Of a DNA stretch of 64,000 nt, positions 38,486 to 48,075 are shown piece after piece. Positions within the stretch are counted from its first letter, which is position 1; every line of letters starts with the position of its first letter. The notes beneath the pieces are model-generated. The model was given only the letters and a program-made list of their open reading frames with translations, ran no database searches and was not told the origin of the DNA. Position numbers and translations under genes: made by a program. This DNA is from a virus, in IMG/VR virus record IMGVR_UViG_3300039074_000056, positions 16,926 to 80,925 of that record. One strand, given 5' to 3'.

Positions 38486-40639
38486 TTATTGTACAATGTT
38501 TTGCTGGTTGGTGTCAATACATTCTTCAGAAATAATCAACTTATTTGCTTCAGAAATGTAATAGTCATAATCCAAATCCCACTTAAACTTTGTAATGTCG
38601 TTACAAGGTTTAACATTCCACTCTACATCAATACCAAGTCTACGAAGCTCACCGCCTTCCACAAGAGGAGGCATAATCTTAACCAATTTACCACCTTGTT
38701 TAGAAGGGTAGTAACGACAGATATTTTGTAGCTTTGCTTCAAAACCATCTTCATAAACCAATACCAAACTACTGCTACGAGGAACCTTTGTTCTCAACAT
38801 GAAATCATACTTGTCTTTATGATTCATAATATACTCTTCAACGGGTGTTCCATGTAACATAAAAGCCTCTACAGCCTTCGGTACAACGAGACAGGATTGG
38901 TTTTGATGCCAACCTAAACCTTCATACTCATAAGCACCTTTGCGTTTTACCTTACCGTTCGTATAAAGTGCAATATAATTATTTACATCTCTCACAAACA
39001 TAGCCGAGTAGTCCGCATACTCCAATTCAAGCTTTACATCCTTCTGCCACTTAGTACAAATCTCATCATACATCTCTTGATAAGCACTTGGGTACATCAC
39101 AGTAACGCCGTCTGTATTCACCTGAACAATCTCCAAATCAGGAATTGTCAAGAGTCTTTCAGCCAACATGCACAATGACAACTGCCCATTGATTGTCGTA
39201 ATCATAGTATATTGTGGGTCATAAAATGGACTATATTGGTTATTGCTATCGCCGTATACCCCATTCAAAGCCAATTTCATGACAGCGTTCTCTGGACTAT
39301 CTTTCGGATACATTTTACGCTGGTTGTAAACATCTTGGTAAATGTCACAAAACTTAGCTGTCAAATGCAAAGGATAAACTCTGTTAGAGATAGCAATGTT
39401 TGGATACATGGAAGCCACATCAGCATCTTTCAACGTCCAACCTTCTTTAGCTCTAACAATCTTTGACTCAACACTACCATGAATACCGCCAGTACCAAAG
39501 TCAAAGCGAAATCCATTTACAACAACATTCAATGTCTCAGCAACTTTCCAACAACCCCAATAGCTGATCTTGTGAACCTTTGTTTTCACGCCATCAACCA
39601 ATACGGTGTAAGTAGCTTTAAGCTCTTGCTCTTCAATCCAACCCATAGGATGTTCTTCTTTGAATCGCTTCGCCTCTTCCTCAGTTGGTTTGTCCTTAAA
39701 CTTCTTGCGCTTCACCACCACTTCTGCATACTTAGCAACATCACCAAGATTGTGCTCTTCTACATCGCTGAATACTCCCTTTGTCTCTGTAATCTTTTGA
39801 TTACGAAACCATTCCAAAATTGCAACAAATGCTGGTTGTTGGAAGTCATAGTAGTCAAACAAACAATCGCGGATATTAATAACCTTTCGCTTAGTTTGAT
39901 TCAATACTCGCTTTGGGCCTTGCATTTTATAACAACTTCCGGGCATAGCATTTTCAAGCTTATTAATGAAGTAGTCCTTACCTACCTTAGTATCATTGTG
40001 ATTGGTGAAGTCAATACCAAAACTAATACCAAGCTTCTCACGGAAACGAATTGCATCCAGAGAAGCACGATAGAAGTCAAGAGTCATTTTAACATCATGC
40101 TCGTTATACTGAATGAGAACATCAATCTCCTCATCTGTCAGAATCTTACCAACAGGAAAAGGGAGGTCTTCAATGTTATCAGACTTCATATTGAACTCAA
40201 GCATCTTCAACGATGTAGAACGAGCCTTGTTGTCAAAGTGATGAATCTTATACAAATCTACTTGCTTAATCATAACATCGGAGGTAGGAATTGTGTGACC
40301 AAACCCTTCACCCTTAAAACTTTCAATCTGTTTCATTGCCACTTTGTAAATAGCCTTAGCGTCCATAACATATTCTTCATCAATCTTCTTAGCCAGAATT
40401 GCTTCTGACAGAATATGGTGGAGAACAGGATAGTCAAATCCTAAATTGTTAAAACCTACCATCCTGCACTTGTTAGACTTCAAGTAACGCAAGCAATGAA
40501 GAATCTCTGAGGTTTGATTCTTGCGATCACTTACCTCAAAAGTTTTCTTGTGACGACCATCAGAGTGAATGATGGAGAATGTGAAAACATTAGGGTATGT
40601 TTCCAAGTCGTAAATATAGTCTTTCTCAATAAAATCCAC
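38486..40639 (-). CDS. Family B DNA polymerase with 3'-5' exonuclease domain
   Basis: Exonuclease motifs YDLE, FN..FD and YN.HDV; polymerase motifs DVASMYP, K..LNG.YG and NTDG; GTG start after AGGAG. Confidence 0.92.
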   Translation of the reverse strand: MDFIEKDYIYDLETYPNVFTFSIIHSDGRHKKTFEVSDRKNQTSEILHCLRYLKSNKCRMVGFNNLGFDYPVLHHILSEAILAKKIDEEYVMDAKAIYKVAMKQIESFKGEGFGHTIPTSDVMIKQVDLYKIHHFDNKARSTSLKMLEFNMKSDNIEDLPFPVGKILTDEEIDVLIQYNEHDVKMTLDFYRASLDAIRFREKLGISFGIDFTNHNDTKVGKDYFINKLENAMPGSCYKMQGPKRVLNQTKRKVINIRDCLFDYYDFQQPAFVAILEWFRNQKITETKGVFSDVEEHNLGDVAKYAEVVVKRKKFKDKPTEEEAKRFKEEHPMGWIEEQELKATYTVLVDGVKTKVHKISYWGCWKVAETLNVVVNGFRFDFGTGGIHGSVESKIVRAKEGWTLKDADVASMYPNIAISNRVYPLHLTAKFCDIYQDVYNQRKMYPKDSPENAVMKLALNGVYGDSNNQYSPFYDPQYTMITTINGQLSLCMLAERLLTIPDLEIVQVNTDGVTVMYPSAYQEMYDEICTKWQKDVKLELEYADYSAMFVRDVNNYIALYTNGKVKRKGAYEYEGLGWHQNQSCLVVPKAVEAFMLHGTPVEEYIMNHKDKYDFMLRTKVPRSSSLVLVYEDGFEAKLQNICRYYPSKQGGKLVKIMPPLVEGGELRRLGIDVEWNVKPCNDITKFKWDLDYDYYISEANKLIISEECIDTNQQNIVQ

Positions 40640-40656
40640 TCTGTTCTCCTTTAATT

Positions 40657-42390
40657 TTACCAATCAACCCTTTCTGGAACTCCATCAGGGAAGTATTCTA
40701 ACTTGTTGTGCAACATGTGACTACCATTGTCATAGTAGTAATCACCGGCATGTCCGGTGTTGCCTGACCATCGACATTTGCTCATAATAATGTGAGTAGT
40801 ATTCTTTTCAATAGGGTCGTCAGCATACTTATTTCGTGTCATAAGGATGTTAGCCCCAGCACTCTTAAAAATGCTACTACTACCTTGAAAATCTTCTTCA
40901 CTAATCCATGCACCAGCACTATTAGCTTGGCTACCCACTTGATTCTTTCGAGTATGGTTTACATTAAAGAATGTCACACCATGACTCTTAACGAAGCTCT
41001 TTTGCCAGCGCATAAACAATGATTGATCTTCGTTGCTTAAACCATCAAGCAAATCTTGAAGTGGGTCAATCATAATAATACGACAGCCACAAGATACTAC
41101 AAGTTCCTCAATCACAGTCTTTACATTGTCAATACTACCATCTCGATCATCAAGCAAATGGAATCGGTTTTCACCGTTCTCCGTTGTGAACAACTCCTTA
41201 GCCTTCTGCTTAACAAAATCTGTTTTCAGGTAGTCCATCTTTTCTTCTGTATCTTTCATTAGAGCAATCTTTTTCTGTAAGTGGCGAGATAACAACACTT
41301 CACCATACTGACCGCAATCAAGCTCTAATGATACTACTCCCACAAGGTATTGACTATTGAAAATCCAATGATAAAGAATCTCATTGATAATACTTGTCTT
41401 ACCTGTACCTGATGCACTACCAAAGTTTACAATATATCCTAGTGGGATACCACCCGCCATCATCTCCTGCAACTGCGACATAAATGGCGGCAATGGAATC
41501 TTAACAGTATTTGCATTCTCCAATACACGATCATACAAATCACCACTACCAACTACGCCAACAGGCATGTGTTTCTTAGCTGCATAGAAGTCGCTAACAA
41601 ATCGCTTAGTCTCATTCTCTACCAAGTATTCATTAGGGTCTTTCTTTGTCCACTCAGCAATATAAACTTTACCTTTTGGAAGGAATGGAATAATTTTCTC
41701 AGCACCTTCCTTACCTGCATCATCTGAATCAAAGCCAATAATAATTCGTTCAAAGCGATTGAAGAAGTTAAATTGTGCCTGAATCTGCTTACCGCAACCG
41801 CTTTCACCCACTGTAGGGGAGACAACTGCTACAGCGTCATACTCACCATTACCACGGGAGATTTGATAATCACGAAGCATCTGGTATGCACTAAGAGCAT
41901 CAATTTCACCGCCTACAATTAAACAATCACGACTCTTACTTCCCTTAAAACGGAACTGACCAAAAAGGTCACATTCCATACCTGTCAGACCAATACTACC
42001 GCCAAAAGTCTTTGGTAGGGTGCGTGGTTTATATCCAGAAAGACTATTCTTAATTGTTGTAGGGCAATACTGCTTTACTGGTTGACCATCTACCATCTCA
42101 TAACGAACGCCAAAGAACTTATGCGTCTCTTTGCGAATACCACGATATTCAATGTTAAAAGTAGTATTTGTTTTGATTTCTGAATTTTGTTCATCTGTAA
42201 TCTTTGGCTTATCTGTCTTTACTTGTTCTACCACTGCACTACTCCTCTTCTTAGCTACTGTTTCGTTATATCCACAAGCAAAGCAATGGGCGCTGTTGTC
42301 TTGATAGCGAACAAGATTGTCTCCGCTGGTATCATTACCTCGCTCACTGCACTCTGGACATTGTTCTTTTCGTAATACAACTCCACCCAT
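40657..42390 (-). CDS. Primase-helicase (T7 gp4-like)
   Basis: Zn finger CPEC...HCFAC; TOPRIM GEIDA...FDSD...KDPNE; Walker A SGTGKT; IDP and H.RK motifs. Confidence 0.92.
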   Translation of the reverse strand: MGGVVLRKEQCPECSERGNDTSGDNLVRYQDNSAHCFACGYNETVAKKRSSAVVEQVKTDKPKITDEQNSEIKTNTTFNIEYRGIRKETHKFFGVRYEMVDGQPVKQYCPTTIKNSLSGYKPRTLPKTFGGSIGLTGMECDLFGQFRFKGSKSRDCLIVGGEIDALSAYQMLRDYQISRGNGEYDAVAVVSPTVGESGCGKQIQAQFNFFNRFERIIIGFDSDDAGKEGAEKIIPFLPKGKVYIAEWTKKDPNEYLVENETKRFVSDFYAAKKHMPVGVVGSGDLYDRVLENANTVKIPLPPFMSQLQEMMAGGIPLGYIVNFGSASGTGKTSIINEILYHWIFNSQYLVGVVSLELDCGQYGEVLLSRHLQKKIALMKDTEEKMDYLKTDFVKQKAKELFTTENGENRFHLLDDRDGSIDNVKTVIEELVVSCGCRIIMIDPLQDLLDGLSNEDQSLFMRWQKSFVKSHGVTFFNVNHTRKNQVGSQANSAGAWISEEDFQGSSSIFKSAGANILMTRNKYADDPIEKNTTHIIMSKCRWSGNTGHAGDYYYDNGSHMLHNKLEYFPDGVPERVDW

Positions 42391-42400
42391 CTATCTCTCC

Positions 42401-42745
42401 TCAACGAAAATTAACTAACCATTCCTTAAACTCTTCTTCATTCAAGGCGCGAATACTATCACCTTTGAACCAAAAAAGAAAGGCTTCTAAGCTCTCAAAC
42501 TTGAAATCTTTGTAAGTTTTACAAGAGTATGTGCTACCACTCCTCGTAACCCAAAAATAAGTAGAAGGAATATCATCTAATACTGTTGTACTATCAATTT
42601 CTTGGATAGCTGTACTAAAGCGCCAACCGTCTCTGCTCAACCCATCTATACTGTAAGCATGGTAGGTGGGCAAGCCATCTGTTATAATCTCAAAGATTTG
42701 AAAGCTGTGTCTTTCCAATCCTTTCTGTGCTGGAAGACTGTACAT
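42401..42745 (-). CDS. Hypothetical protein
   Basis: WRFST.I...T.SGS.Y.C motif. Confidence 0.6.
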   Translation of the reverse strand: MYSLPAQKGLERHSFQIFEIITDGLPTYHAYSIDGLSRDGWRFSTAIQEIDSTTVLDDIPSTYFWVTRSGSTYSCKTYKDFKFESLEAFLFWFKGDSIRALNEEEFKEWLVNFR

Positions 42746-42746
42746 A

Positions 42747-42920
42747 TTATTTACCTCCTGCCATAATGCCTTCTACACAAGAAGCACTTTTTACAGCAAA
42801 TCTCCCCTGATACCAATTGGCAGCATCTACGCAAGATTCCTTGTTAGCCATAGGAATTGTAACCACACCACCCGCATAACTGTACTTCATAAAAAGAACT
42901 AAATACCAAACTGAAATCAT
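42747..42920 (-). CDS. 57-aa small protein (absent from the ORF track)
   Basis: MISVWYLVLF...KESC..A...SCVE; GGAG RBS. Confidence 0.55.
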   Translation of the reverse strand: MISVWYLVLFMKYSYAGGVVTIPMANKESCVDAANWYQGRFAVKSASCVEGIMAGGK

Positions 42921-42947
42921 AATTATTTCTCCTTAGCAGTAGCTAAA

Positions 42948-43127
42948 TTAACCACATTCACTTTCAAAATCAGCCTTAACTACTTGCTGCTTTGCTAATT
43001 CGCTATTAAATTTAACGACAGCTTCAATATGCCTTAGCATCTCTACTACTCGCTTCTGCTTTTCAACAGAGAAGTCATCGTACAGGTTAGCTACTTCAAA
43101 AGCTAAGTCCTCATAAACGTCTTTCAT
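42948..43127 (-). CDS. 59-aa hypothetical protein (absent from the ORF track)
   Basis: MKDVYEDLAFEVANLY...; overlaps the upstream stop codon. Confidence 0.5.
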   Translation of the reverse strand: MKDVYEDLAFEVANLYDDFSVEKQKRVVEMLRHIEAVVKFNSELAKQQVVKADFESECG

Positions 43128-43342
43128 TGCTTTCTCTCCTCCAACATAGCGTCTGCCATCACATACGCAAGACGCACAGTATCTTTTATCGCTCCCTTAG
43201 TATCAAAGACCTTGCCCGTAATGCAAACCTTAGCAAAATCATCTCGCAGCTTGCTTTCATCAACGAACAAAGCCTTAGCTTCTTGTAAAGACAAACCATG
43301 CACATCTCGTAAAGTGTCAATATAATTCTTTATGCTACTCAT
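43124..43342 (-). CDS. Hypothetical protein
   Basis: LRDDFA...AY.MADAML.ER phage motif. Confidence 0.65.
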   Translation of the reverse strand: MSSIKNYIDTLRDVHGLSLQEAKALFVDESKLRDDFAKVCITGKVFDTKGAIKDTVRLAYVMADAMLEERKQ

Positions 43343-43381
43343 TTCCAGCGTTCCTCCGTAAGTTTTGTTCCAATGGCTCGA

Positions 43382-43410
43382 AGTATAAACGATACTACCA
43401 TCCATGTCAA
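43382..43410 (-). promoter_or_regulatory. Sigma70-like promoter
   Basis: TTGACA-17-TATACT on the - strand. Confidence 0.7.
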
Positions 43411-43477
43411 GCCTGTTGCAAGAATTAAGATAAATCCTAAGAACAGGATAGGGATAAGAGGAAGAACAAGGAGTTGT

Positions 43478-43744
43478 TTAATTTTGTTCAATAACTTCAC
43501 GTTTCTCTTCCTCTGGAATTACAGTCCACTCTCCCTCTTGTGCATCAATCTGAACAAACAACCCCTGCTCTGTCTCTGCTTTGCGTGTAGTCATCAAATC
43601 ATTACGATTTCTACGACTCATCGCAATTTCCATCTTGGCTTGGAAGTCAATAAGCTGTTCTTGTGTCATCATGTAGATGTTATATTGCAAACCATCAAGC
43701 CATGCTCGAAAGCTTACAGGATCGTTTAAGTGACTGAAATTCAT
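43478..43744 (-). CDS. Hypothetical protein
   Basis: ORF in the - strand early/middle cluster. Confidence 0.5.
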   Translation of the reverse strand: MNFSHLNDPVSFRAWLDGLQYNIYMMTQEQLIDFQAKMEIAMSRRNRNDLMTTRKAETEQGLFVQIDAQEGEWTVIPEEEKREVIEQN

Positions 43745-43874
43745 TGCCCTGCAACCCCCGCACCAACAGCAAGCAGCAGGTAAATAAGACCTGTAATTTG
43801 CAAAACATATTTATCAGATGCAATACCGCTACACCACCAAACACTACTCATAAGCATTAAAAACTGAAACCATG

Positions 43875-44096
43875 TCATTCTTCTTCTCCTAATTTATCCC
43901 TAATCTTCATGTCAATGGCTCCTAGAATATCTTCTGGAATATTCCCTACAAGCTCTACATGACTTCCAAGAAGTGTAATGCTTGTATAGGCTATTGTCAA
44001 TGTCTTATTTCGTTCGTATGTTCCACATACATAGTATGTAAGAGTGCCTACAGTAACATAGCTTGTGAATGAGTTGTCTGTGATGTAGCCTTTCAT
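43875..44096 (-). CDS. Hypothetical protein
   Basis: GGAG RBS; coupled ORF. Confidence 0.5.
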   Translation of the reverse strand: MKGYITDNSFTSYVTVGTLTYYVCGTYERNKTLTIAYTSITLLGSHVELVGNIPEDILGAIDMKIRDKLGEEE

Positions 44097-44398
44097 GTTA
44101 GCTCCTTTGGTAGTGGCATCCAGTGGGTGGGGTTTGCACAAATTTCTCCGTCCGAACCTTCTAGCGCCCAATAGCCGGGATATACTATATAGCCACCTTC
44201 CCAGTCGCCACACTCTTGCTCAGGAAATCTGCCTACAACATAAATACCATTAGGGACATGCCTGTACGCCTCGCAAGCACTAGCGTAATCTGTTAGCTTC
44301 TTTGTACCAAGAATGTATACTGTATCCGCTTCATGGTTGCAGTAAGCTAAAATTGGTGTTCCATCTTTTGGTGCAGTCTCAATAGGTTGCCAAGTCAT
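44093..44398 (-). CDS. DUF551-like phage protein
   Basis: WQPIETAPKDGT...PTHWMPLP motif. Confidence 0.75.
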   Translation of the reverse strand: MTWQPIETAPKDGTPILAYCNHEADTVYILGTKKLTDYASACEAYRHVPNGIYVVGRFPEQECGDWEGGYIVYPGYWALEGSDGEICANPTHWMPLPKELT

Positions 44399-44745
44399 TT
44401 ACTCACCTCCATTAGCAAGCAGTAGCCCTCATATCCTATATCACAAGTCACAAGAGTTTGCGAATGCACTTTCTTAAAACCAAAACTACCTGCATACTTT
44501 AGTGGCTCTTTGCTTGACTTGTAATTGCTGGAATCATAGCACCTGCCCTTATCCAGCGAACAAATTAGAATTGTTCTATTAGCTGCTACTTCACGACTTT
44601 TTTGAGAAGCTGTGCTGCTCTTTCCCTTTGAATTACTACTTGATACAACAGCTCCCGCCACTGCACCACCTACAGCCCCTGAGACAAACCCAGCGTTAGC
44701 TAAGGAGGGAATTAGTAGTGCGACTAACAATAAAATCTTATTCAT
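44395..44745 (-). CDS. Hypothetical exported protein
   Basis: Signal peptide ending ANA; glycine zipper; four Cys. Confidence 0.6.
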   Translation of the reverse strand: MNKILLLVALLIPSLANAGFVSGAVGGAVAGAVVSSSNSKGKSSTASQKSREVAANRTILICSLDKGRCYDSSNYKSSKEPLKYAGSFGFKKVHSQTLVTCDIGYEGYCLLMEVSK

Positions 44746-44911
44746 TTGTAATCTCCATTTCTATCAAACATAGTTTTCTTCCACTTCTTAGCTTGCTCTA
44801 TTTCAACAAGTCTGTCAAGTTCCCATTGCATCAGGCTACGAACATAGTCATCCTTTGTTGTGCCAATAACAAGGTACAACCCAATAAGACGGGTGATGTA
44901 ATGCCTTGGTG

Positions 44912-45250
44912 TCATTCCTCTTTCTCCTTACTGTGCAACCAGCAGCTACCAGAAATTACATAGCGCCCTGTTGGGAATCTGTCTTCGTTCTCCATCCTTG
45001 GACATTGGCAGCAAGGCGTAGTCCAATACTTGTAGTAATTGGGGTTAATAGGGAATCCCCATAGCGTCTGAAGCTCTTCCTCAATCTTAAACAACATCTG
45101 CCCCACTTCGTATGTCAGCTTACGATTCTTAGCTTCAATCAACAGAGGGATGCTGTTGTGCAAACTATCACGGAATGTATGCAGGCGCTCAATCTGTAAG
45201 ATTGTTTCTGTAGACAAGCCTTGCTTCTCTGCCAGTTTTAGGTTAATCAT
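44912..45250 (-). CDS. Conserved Cys-rich phage protein
   Basis: LQ.LWGF...W..P.C.CP.M.N...C.LH motif. Confidence 0.65.
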   Translation of the reverse strand: MINLKLAEKQGLSTETILQIERLHTFRDSLHNSIPLLIEAKNRKLTYEVGQMLFKIEEELQTLWGFPINPNYYKYWTTPCCQCPRMENEDRFPTGRYVISGSCWLHSKEKEE

Positions 45251-45468
45251 TTTTCTCTCTCCTTCTTTATCTGATTGATGTGGGACTTGGCCCTGTAACT
45301 TGACCAATTCCTCTCGAAGTTTGATGCTAAAGTTCCAAAAGATATGACAGTCACTATTCCATCAAGAAGTTCCATAAAACCTTGAACCCACCCCATGATG
45401 TGCATCTTCATGTTCTGATGCTTCCAGCGGATAATACGAATACCAAATGGAAGTTTAATACCGCTCAT
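45247..45468 (-). CDS. Hypothetical protein
   Basis: Coupled ORF. Confidence 0.5.
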   Translation of the reverse strand: MSGIKLPFGIRIIRWKHQNMKMHIMGWVQGFMELLDGIVTVISFGTLASNFERNWSSYRAKSHINQIKKEREK

Positions 45469-45749
45469 GTTTGTTCTCCTTCAAACTTAGCCTTCAACTC
45501 AAGATAACGCTTGCGCTCACTCTCAAGCTTCTTGGCTTTCTTCTCTGCCTTTTCTTTAGCAAGGCGCTCTTTCTTTTGTTGGGTTGTCTCTTTTAGAACG
45601 ATGTTTAGTGTTCTCTCATTATTGTATCCATAGTAATCACTTTCAATGGTATAACCTTTTCCAGTATATTTTGACAGGTATTCAATAGCTTTCTCTACTG
45701 TTTCACCATGCCCAAATTCAAAATCTTGCTCAATAAATATGTCGTTCAT
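45465..45749 (-). CDS. Hypothetical protein
   Basis: GGAG RBS; E...YL.LKAKFE C-terminus. Confidence 0.6.
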   Translation of the reverse strand: MNDIFIEQDFEFGHGETVEKAIEYLSKYTGKGYTIESDYYGYNNERTLNIVLKETTQQKKERLAKEKAEKKAKKLESERKRYLELKAKFEGEQT

Positions 45750-45780
45750 GTTTGTTCTCCTCTTTTGATTGAATGCGAGT

Positions 45781-45810
45781 ATCCTACACCAATTCACTAC
45801 TCTGCGTCAA
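45781..45810 (-). promoter_or_regulatory. Leftward sigma70-like promoter
   Basis: TTGACG-18-TAGGAT on the - strand, heading the leftward operon. Confidence 0.6.
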
Positions 45811-45863
45811 GCACTAATTTCAAATAATTTTGCAAGAGATAGGGTTTTATAGTGAGAAAGTTG

Positions 45864-45893
45864 TTGACACGGGGAAGGTAGGTGTAGTACAAT
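45864..45893 (+). promoter_or_regulatory. Rightward sigma70-like promoter
   Basis: TTGACA-18-TACAAT; back to back with the leftward promoter. Confidence 0.7.
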
Positions 45894-45899
45894 CGGCCT

Positions 45900-46240
45900 G
45901 TTTTCTGACTAGAAGGAAAACATGTAACCAAGGTTTTCTGCGTTGACGACTGTCGGCCTTGGTGATTGTGCCCGTAGGCAAGGGGAAGAAGATCACGGTA
46001 CGCCCCAAAGTGGTAAGCGAATTTATCAGCCACGAACCGTTAGTGACTCTTAAGTGAGGTAAATGATAAACTGTATCTGGCAACAGCCAGCCTAAGCCTC
46101 GTCTGAATTTACAGAGAGATTTATGGGGGACAGAGCTAGCCTGTGTTGAAGGGAATGGGGCAGTGTAGGAACTGCTCTTAAATACCTTCTCTATAGGGTT
46201 AGTATAAGCTCTGTTTCCTAGCCTGAACTGATTTACAGTA
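45900..46240 (+). ncRNA. Candidate structured ncRNA A (about 340 nt)
   Basis: Directly after a promoter; no credible ORF; multiple helices, some with G-U pairs. Confidence 0.55.
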
Positions 46241-46350
46241 GTATATAGATAAATATTAATATAAGATATAATTTAGATAAGATCAACAAACATGCAGTAA
46301 AAGAGCTAAACGAAAGAATAGCTTTGCTTAGGATTAGATGAAGAAGGGTG

Positions 46351-46379
46351 TTGACATAGAATATCACCTTCTATAGTAT
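46351..46379 (+). promoter_or_regulatory. Sigma70-like promoter
   Basis: TTGACA-17-TAGTAT. Confidence 0.55.
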
Positions 46380-46410
46380 CTGCTTATGTTGAGCAACAGG
46401 AGAGATTTTT

Positions 46411-47127
46411 GTGGAGCAAGCCAAGCAAGTAGTGTACCTAATGAAAAACAGTATGTCTTTATATAAGATAGGCATTAGCGTAGACCCTAAGAGAAGGTGT
46501 AACGACATACGACTGGCTTCTGGCATTCATACAGAAATATTAAAGACATTTGATACAACAAACGAAGCAAGGCTAGTAGAGCAATCTCTGCACAGGCACT
46601 TTTCTTCAAAAAGAAAAGAAGGAGAATGGTTTCGTCTTACTAAAGAAGATTTGCAAGACATTGCAAAAACAGTAGCTCAGGTGGATTTTGCCATAACAGA
46701 CGGCATAAACAATGTTGCCAGTTCAGCAGAAGAGTTGACTGTTGAAGAGTTGTTTAACTTTATTGCCTCTTTCGGTTTGCCGGAAGACTTTACAGTAAGT
46801 GACTGTCAAAGATTGTGGGATTCTCAGGTGGCTTTCTTTAAGTGCCTTCTTTCTGTATCTAATACAAAGTTTCGTCAGCTTTTAGAGATGTTGTTGGATA
46901 GGGGATACCATGTTAGTGAAAATATTTGTAATATAGATGAAAGAAAACCATTTTGGGCAGGGGTTACTTTTTGCTCTTTCGTTATTGAGTATTATCCCGT
47001 GGTTCCAAAAAATCTTTTAGGAAATGTTTCATCCGTATACAAATACGAAACTGCTAAGAGGATGTATGAAGAATACTTTCAACACTGCTCCAAGTACAAA
47101 ATAGAACCTATGGAGATAACAAAATGA
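46411..47127 (+). CDS. T5orf172/MUG113-type GIY-YIG domain protein
   Basis: VYLM...YKIGIS.DP.RR...E..LH..F...R..GEWF.L motif. Confidence 0.8.
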   Translation: MEQAKQVVYLMKNSMSLYKIGISVDPKRRCNDIRLASGIHTEILKTFDTTNEARLVEQSLHRHFSSKRKEGEWFRLTKEDLQDIAKTVAQVDFAITDGINNVASSAEELTVEELFNFIASFGLPEDFTVSDCQRLWDSQVAFFKCLLSVSNTKFRQLLEMLLDRGYHVSENICNIDERKPFWAGVTFCSFVIEYYPVVPKNLLGNVSSVYKYETAKRMYEEYFQHCSKYKIEPMEITK

Positions 47128-47360
47128 CAATAGGAACAATCTACATTGATGGATTTGCATACCACTCCCGCCTTTCTGAATACAATGACGCTTTAGGGTG
47201 GTATGAGAAAGAAGAACCTATCTATGAACAAATGGAGTTCTTCGGCGGTGAAGTGGTTGAGGGATTGATGATCCCTAAGACTAGCTGCCTATGCTTCGCA
47301 CACAGCAGTAGTGAATGTTGTTGTGGTGCTTGGGATTACACTCAATACATGGAGGAATAA
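47124..47360 (+). CDS. Small Cys-rich hypothetical protein
   Basis: C.C.AH...ECCCGAW motif. Confidence 0.55.
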   Translation: MTIGTIYIDGFAYHSRLSEYNDALGWYEKEEPIYEQMEFFGGEVVEGLMIPKTSCLCFAHSSSECCCGAWDYTQYMEE

Positions 47361-47361
47361 A

Positions 47362-47631
47362 ATGAACGAACAAATTAAGTTTTGTAAAGATTGTAAGTGG
47401 AGTGGCTTGTCAGCAAACTTTTGCCATAGTCCAAACAACGGCACTACCCTTGTAGATGGAAGTAGTAAAGTTAGGTTTTCAGAAGTCAATCGTGGTGATT
47501 CTTATTTTGGACTACCAACTTGTGGCAGTGAGGGTAAGTGGTGGGAGCCAGTAAAATACTACAAAGAAGAAGTATCTGAGAAGCAATCTTATTGGCAAAA
47601 AGTAAAGACTTTATTTGCTAAAAAGTATTGA
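47362..47631 (+). CDS. Small Cys-containing hypothetical protein
   Basis: FCKDCKW...C..P...CG.EGKWWE motif. Confidence 0.6.
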   Translation: MNEQIKFCKDCKWSGLSANFCHSPNNGTTLVDGSSKVRFSEVNRGDSYFGLPTCGSEGKWWEPVKYYKEEVSEKQSYWQKVKTLFAKKY

Positions 47632-47656
47632 CACAAGCAGGCTATTCAGGTACGCT
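47628..47656 (+). promoter_or_regulatory. Sigma70-like promoter
   Basis: TTGACA-17-TACGCT. Confidence 0.55.
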
Positions 47657-47791
47657 AGCCTTTCACTAATAAACAAGAGGTAACACAAAATGATTTGGAT
47701 TCTTCACATTATGGCTGCACTTTTCTTCTGGCCTGCATTGTTTCTGACAATCGGCATCCACATCCTAAAAAATAGTAAGTAAGGTGCTTAC

Positions 47792-48064
47792 ATGAACAAC
47801 TATTCCTACCTTCTACGCCCTTGTAAGAGAGCCTTAGATGAGCGATATGTCACTACCCTTTGTCCCGCATCATCTACAGCACGAATGAAGCTAGAATCTC
47901 TCTATACCAAGGCAGGAATGCTTGTTCTGGATGATAGTCATCCCTATGTCTTAGCATCTTCTCCCTGCAATCTCTATGTAGAGACTTGTGATAGAGAAAA
48001 TATTAGTAAGGGGTTGACATTGTGGGCTGAATGCAATAGGCTTGGTTTGTTTAGGAAATTATGA
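47792..48064 (+). CDS. Hypothetical protein
   Basis: AAGGT RBS. Confidence 0.45.
   Translation: MNNYSYLLRPCKRALDERYVTTLCPASSTARMKLESLYTKAGMLVLDDSHPYVLASSPCNLYVETCDRENISKGLTLWAECNRLGLFRKL
48014..48042 (+). promoter_or_regulatory. Sigma70-like promoter
   Basis: TTGACA-17-TAGGCT. Confidence 0.5.
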
Positions 48065-48075
48065 GGAGAAATGAA

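Noticed and set aside
39479-40408. 309-aa + strand ORF and other long antisense ORFs (e.g. 659-1345, 4267-4950, 11977-12711)
   Set aside because: Shadow frames opposite well-supported genes, with no RBS or recognisable motifs
45797-46083. Two 78-aa - strand ORFs
   Set aside because: They overlap the divergent promoters and the structured region, with no RBS or protein-like features
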